Assembly: GCF_009914755.1 (NCBI RefSeq)
Contig: NC_060925.1
DNA from: the human T2T-CHM13v2.0 reference genome, Homo sapiens
Length of the DNA: 64,000 nt
Strand: one strand, 5' to 3'
Shown: positions 57,024 to 64,000 of the stretch, one piece after another
How the letters are laid out: every line of letters starts with the position of its first letter
Position numbering within the stretch: the stretch's first letter is position 1
The notes under the pieces: generated by a model
Database searches by the model: none
Told to the model about the DNA's origin: nothing
What the model saw: the letters and a program-made list of their open reading frames with translations, nothing else
Position numbers and translations under genes: made by a program

Positions 57024-58311
57024 GTAAGTGGGAGATTTACAAGTAAAATAAATGCAATTTCAAAATGCAAAATGAATTGTAAGCAGTATTTTACAACCCT
57101 ATATTCCACCTTAAGTCTCTTTTATCTCCCTTAATAAATAGCAGAGTATTTGAGTTTGCCTTTTCTTAAAAAAAAAAAAAAAGAAAAAACTAGTTTTTCT
57201 TCTAACTCTTAATTATATAATACATCCTTTGGCTTTTGTTGTTGTTGTTGTTAGTGTGTTAGCCTGATTTGTTTAAAGCCATTAGCTTACTGTCCTGATT
57301 TATGTCTGGAATATTGTCTTATGTAGGTGAGCAGTAACTGCCTGGACTATCTTCCTTCAGATCAGTTGATTCCATCAAATGTTTACTCCTACAACAGAGT
57401 TTTCATTTATTTGTTTTGTTTTTGACTTATAGGTTATGTAGGGAAAAGAATCACTCAACAGTTGTGATTTCTTGGCCTTCCTTATATATATATATTGATT
57501 TTGAGCAGGATTTTTAAAATCTCTTCTAATTTATAGATGTCTTTGAGGTTATCTGTTTTAGATGAGAGATTTTCTAACCTGCCCCTGGTTAAAATTGCCT
57601 TTACAGGCAGACATTAGAATATAACAGGGTAAAAGATGCCACCAACTAAATCAAAACAAGAATGACAAAGTGGAGAGAATATTTGCAGCACATGCCACAA
57701 AGCCTTACCAACTCTAATAACAAAACCCATGTAATATTCCTAATATACAAATATAATATGCAGAACTACAAAGCAGTCCTGTAAACTGACAGGAAAAATG
57801 ATAACTTTAAAAAAATAGACAAAGGCTTTAAACAGGGAGTTTATATAAAAATAGCTAATATATCAGATAGGCAAAAACTAAATTTGAAAACGTTCTTATA
57901 GAAGAGACTTGAACACGTGTAAGTGTTGTAAGGAAGGACTAGTAGCGGAAGAATGGATGGTATGGGAGTAAGAGTTGTGAGGCAATGATAGCCAGTGCAG
58001 AGGTAGAGAAATCAGCATTACCAGAAGGCATACAATATTCATGTTATTAGGAGTGAAGTTAGAAAGGATAGGTATGTGTGTGGATGGATCCATAGATTTG
58101 ATAGTAGAAAACTGAAGGAGCTCATGTGATTTTTATTTTCTGCCTGTAGTAGAGGCCAGATCATTCATTTTAAATGATTGCCACATGAAAGGGTGTAATT
58201 CAGAAACATAAAAGTAGACAATTTCTTCATCTCAGTTATTTGAGGACAGGTATTTCATTTTAGCCTTTCAAAAGTGAAGAGCAGTATTTTAATCTATTTT
58301 GCTGTGTTAAG

Positions 58312-58408
58312 TTCTGTTCCAGTTGAAGAGCAAGAAGAGTTCAAGCAGCTTTCAGATGGTATTCAGGAGCTACAACAATCACTAAATCAGGATTTTCATC
58401 AAAAAACG
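58312..58408 (+). CDS. NUF2: NUF2 exon 8 (97 nt)
   Basis: gtgttaag|T TCT...ACG|gtatct; translates [32 protein letters not shown]. Confidence 0.96.
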
Positions 58409-59294
58409 GTATCTGTTGTGAGGCACCTTAAACTTTAAAAAATAAAATTTGTTTGTAGATGTGGTGGGACATATAGTGGAGGTAACAGCACATTGCTTTC
58501 TCTATTACCAAAGAAACAGAATATATTTCTGTGCCCATTTGTGCCCCTTATAATGGATACATACTTCTCTCAACCATCTAGAACCGTGATGGTTTTTGTT
58601 GGCAAAGTTTTTTGTTGTCTTATTGAATAGAATTTTTTAGGGTTTTCCTAGGTTTAATTTCACTGCTTCCAAACCATGCACTGTGGCACCCTGGATACTG
58701 CAGTAAACCCTCAAGAATGCCTCAAAATATCTTAAATTTTCAAGGGAACCACTGTAGTACTCAGCATCTGTCACATCCTTTTTGAATTCAAGGTAGTTCA
58801 CAGTTTCAGTTTTTGGTCACATTCCTTTCATATCCTTGTGCAGCTGGGATTTTGGTATTTGCTGTGATAAAAGCAAGTACAATGTAAAAATCACTGTGAC
58901 ACAGGAAATGAGAATGTCTATATCCAATCTGAAATATACGCTCCAAGGTACGTGAATTTATGCAGTGCCCAATAGGTACATACATCTAATTAGGAAGTAC
59001 TCGAGGTTATTTAAGAACAAAATAAAAATTTTTTCTGTCAACTTATATGTATTATTTTTCAAAGGGCTACAATGTTAGGACATAAATACTAGGCCATTAT
59101 TTGGAGTTAACTACTTAGTAAAGGAACTCTTAGATATTTCTTTTGGCTTAGGAGCATCATGAACAGAGAAAGTTTGAAGAATATCTGATCTAACACATTT
59201 AACTCCTTTCTTACCTTAATTTTATGAGACAGCAGTGAGTGGCTAAATCTAAATGTTTTGAATCATTATAAAACGTGTTTGCTTTTTCCCTTAG

Positions 59295-59357
59295 ATAGTG
59301 CTGCAAGAGGGAAATTCCCAAAAGAAGTCAAATATTTCAGAGAAAACCAAGCGTTTG
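59295..59357 (+). CDS. NUF2: NUF2 exon 9 (63 nt)
   Basis: ttcccttag|ATA...TTG|gtaaac; translates IVLQEGNSQKKSNISEKTKRL. Confidence 0.97.
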
Positions 59358-60087
59358 GTAAACATCTTTTCTTTTCACTAGCATTTAAAGTTTGAATATA
59401 TTGTGTGGAGGAGTATTTTAGCTGTGTGTGTTATTATGGGCAAATGTTTCTCCCTTTTTCCCTTCAAAATGAAACAATCTTTTTCAACTTAAATATAATA
59501 GATGACTATTGTTTTAAAAAATATCGAAACACAGAAATGTATGAAGAAAGTAAACATCACCTGAAAGCTCACTATACAATCTGATTTATATCAAAGATTG
59601 TATTTGCTATGCAAATGTAAATATGCATGTGTAATTTTACATAAATGATACTAGGCTCAATACATCTTACCTGCTTTTTTCTCCACTTAGCAATATAATA
59701 CAGTTATGAATTTTAAATAGATCCTCATTATATTAATGCTTGCATCTAGTTGAGCATTATATGTATGTGCTGTCTTGTAGATCCTTTTAATCCCCTTCTG
59801 ATAGACTTTTACATAGATTCTAATTTTTTGCTATTAAACAGAAATATATGTATGTGTGTATCATATGCATACATATGTACATACATACATTTCTGCAACA
59901 GGCTGCTTTTATTTAAAATAAATTTTTTTGTTTAGGATTTCTGGGTCATAGGAAATACACATGTAAAATTGACCAATGCAGCCAAGCTGATTTCTAGAAA
60001 GATACCAATTTATATTCCTACCAGTAGAACAAGAGACTGTCCCTTTCCCTATACCCTTGCCAAAACTGGATGTTTTCAGGCTTTTAA

Positions 60088-60438
<351 letters not shown>

Positions 60439-60544
60439 AAAAAAATCTCATTTTAGTTTAATTGCTTTAATTCTAGTGATTTTGTCCATCTTGCTTAGTG
60501 ATTTCTTGTTATTTCTTATTTTGTATATTGTTTGTGTACCTTGT

Positions 60545-60891
<347 letters not shown>

Positions 60892-62639
60892 TAGGGATTT
60901 TAGCTCTCCATTTATTTGTCTGTCAAATTTATATATTTTTTGCCCATTAAAAGGTTTATGTTTTTATGTAGTAAAATTTATAGATACGGCCTTTATGGTT
61001 TTTGGCTTTAATTGTGTACATAGAAAGGACGGTCCTATTCGTCAGATTATTTTTTAATACTATATTTTCTCATTGTACTTTTATAGTTTCCTTATTGTTT
61101 TAAAATGTATACTTTAGATCCTTGAGAAACTTACTCTGGTGTTATATTTCCCTTATTTTTCTATCTTTTTTTTTGCTGGGAAATGCTTTCATCTGAGTAG
61201 TACTTACTATGGCTCAATTTTATTGTTTATTTATTTCTGTCTCATTTAAATCCAAGTTAAAACAAGCACTTTGTACTTATTAAGTTTAGACCTTTTATAA
61301 AGAGGAGAAAAGTGATGAAAGTTAACACTATTGTAAGGAAAATAACCTCTAATCTTGTAGAGCATTAAAAGAGTAGATAATGTGGTGGTTTGCAGAACTC
61401 TAAGAATGAAATAACAAAATATACAGAAATTACAGGAATGCATTATATCTAACATTCAGTTTTGGCGTCTGAGTTAGCTGATCAAAAAGTAAGAATCTTT
61501 TCTTTTAAGTTAAAAATATTTAGACAAATTACACAACACAGTAATACATTCCTGTTATGAAATATTCTCTCTTTACATACACACACCCACACATACATAT
61601 ATATATATGTATGTATATAGAGAGAGGGGAGTATACACACACATAGAGAGAGACAGAGAAGGGTACGAAATGTGAAAGGCCTTCTCTCAGCCCATTTTAC
61701 CTTGAGGTAATACTATTCCCTTCCTTTTTCCAACATCATATGCATACACATATAGAGGCACATAATCATGTGTCACTGTTTTGTTGTTCTGTTTTTATAG
61801 AAATGTATTTATGTGTTATATGTTGATCTGTGAATTGGTTCTTTCACTTAATATATCTGGAAAATCTTTCCTGTCAATACATAGAGTCATAGAGGGTCCC
61901 CAAACAATGTAAATACAACTTATCAACAAATATCTGAGAAGAAAATTCATAGGAATTTTTTTTGACATAATTTCAGACTTACAACAAACTTTCAAGAGAA
62001 TTTCCAGCTACCCTTCACTTTGATTCTTCAAATAGTTACGTTCATTTTTGAAATTCAGGAGAAGGGAATTTGTTTTCATTCAGCAAGCATGTAGTGAGCA
62101 CCTTCTCAGTGCTATATCTTTGTTTGGGTACTGGGAAAACCAGGATACATTTTCACAACTCCAATTTGCTCAGTCTTATGAAACACATATTAAGTACATA
62201 ATTATAGTGTTGCATGTACAAAAATTGTACTATTTAAAGAAGAAATGTAGAGAAAATGGGAGCAGGATTTTCAGGGATCAGTACAAATTTAGCAGGCAGA
62301 CCGGAGTGGGATAATGATATTCTAGGAGGACCCTACTGGTCAAAGAAAGATCACTTATACTTGTCTAAACATAAGATCAGAATTACCAGATTGTAGGGTG
62401 CAGTAGGGAACTGGTGGGAGATGAGACTAGACAGGAAGAGAGTTAAGAGCCATGTAATGAAAGGCTTTGAATGTCCTGCTAAGGAGCTTGATCTTTGGCC
62501 TATAGACAAATGTGAGCAATTAAGTAGGTAAGTGATGTGTTCAGAATTTAATTTTACCCTCATTACAGAGAACATGGACCTAATTTCTTTGTTCTTTCCC
62601 ATTACTAGAATGGTAAATCACCAAGTTTATTATATCTAA

Positions 62640-62915
<276 letters not shown>

Positions 62916-63586
62916 TAAACTTTTTTGACCTTATTTCTAATCTGTAGCTTTTCTCTAGAGTGAATATGGGGAAAATAAATATAATTTCAAGACATTTGTT
63001 CAATTATGCAACAATTTTTCAAGGCTTTTCTCTGGGAGATCAAAACAGAAATGCTGGGTCGTGAGATTTAATTACTTTATTACAAGGGAGGAAAGTATTA
63101 AGTAATTTTACAAACAATTGTAATTATAAATTACAATATATACTATAACAAAGTATAAGGTATGCATGTGTGTAGGTAGGGGTATACGAGAAATCTCTGT
63201 ACCTTCTGATTAATTTTGCTGTGAATGTCTAACTGCTTGAAAAATTAAAATCTATTAATGGTATCAGAAAGAGGAAAGAAAGTATAGAGTGCTTTGAAAT
63301 AATGTAATAAGGGGAGCCCAGTTTAGTATTGGGCTGGAAGTACAGGTGGAAGAGGGAAGGAAGAATGCTACCATTCTTCAGATCGTAGCATAAAAAAAAA
63401 AAGACGCTTTTCATTTTAAACATAGCAGTACCAAGGCCCAATTCATTGTGTATGGAAGAATATTAAAGGCAGAGGGAACAGCGTATGTGAATTCTGTGGG
63501 GTAGTGGGGAGTAAGGTGTGTTCAAGATTATGGGTTACTGTGGGAGATGGATTGACGTGGTGCAATACAAACTTAGAAGTGGGTAG

Positions 63587-63953
<367 letters not shown>

Positions 63954-64000
63954 CTATTAATTTAAAAAACATATGTGGTTTGTCTTTGAATTTGTTATTC

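Noticed and set aside
58409-59294. Donor GTATCT suggesting a U12-type intron
   Set aside because: It lacks the full GTATCCTT consensus, and there is no TCCTTAAC branch point near the acceptor.

Overview
Human genomic DNA, AT-rich and dense in primate repeats. It is recognisable as the RGS5/NUF2 junction on chr1q23.3. The right third holds the 5' part of NUF2 (CDCA1, an NDC80 kinetochore complex subunit) on the + strand: a CpG-rich promoter with a textbook CDE/CHR element, a non-coding exon 1 with two alternative donors, and coding exons 2-10. These splice in frame through GT-AG introns to give residues 1-269; the gene continues beyond the window. The left two thirds contain no supportable protein-coding sequence. 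They consist of L1, Alu, MaLR/ERV1 LTRs, Tigger1, MER and L2/MIR relics, plus two ATG-less minus-strand exons (about 40553-40720 and 25182-25278). Those exons fit a head-to-head transcript from the NUF2 promoter, which I recall as the distal RGS5 isoform. Nearly all ORFs in the supplied track are spurious repeat-derived frames. I found no evidence of a new multi-gene system. The most notable items are the bidirectional cell-cycle promoter, a fold-back plus duplicated-segment rearrangement scar near 14.2 kb, a very young AluYa-type insertion, a NAGNAG acceptor next to NUF2 K115, a uORF and a CTCF-like site. Repeat subfamily names and repeat boundaries without a stated TSD are by-eye estimates.
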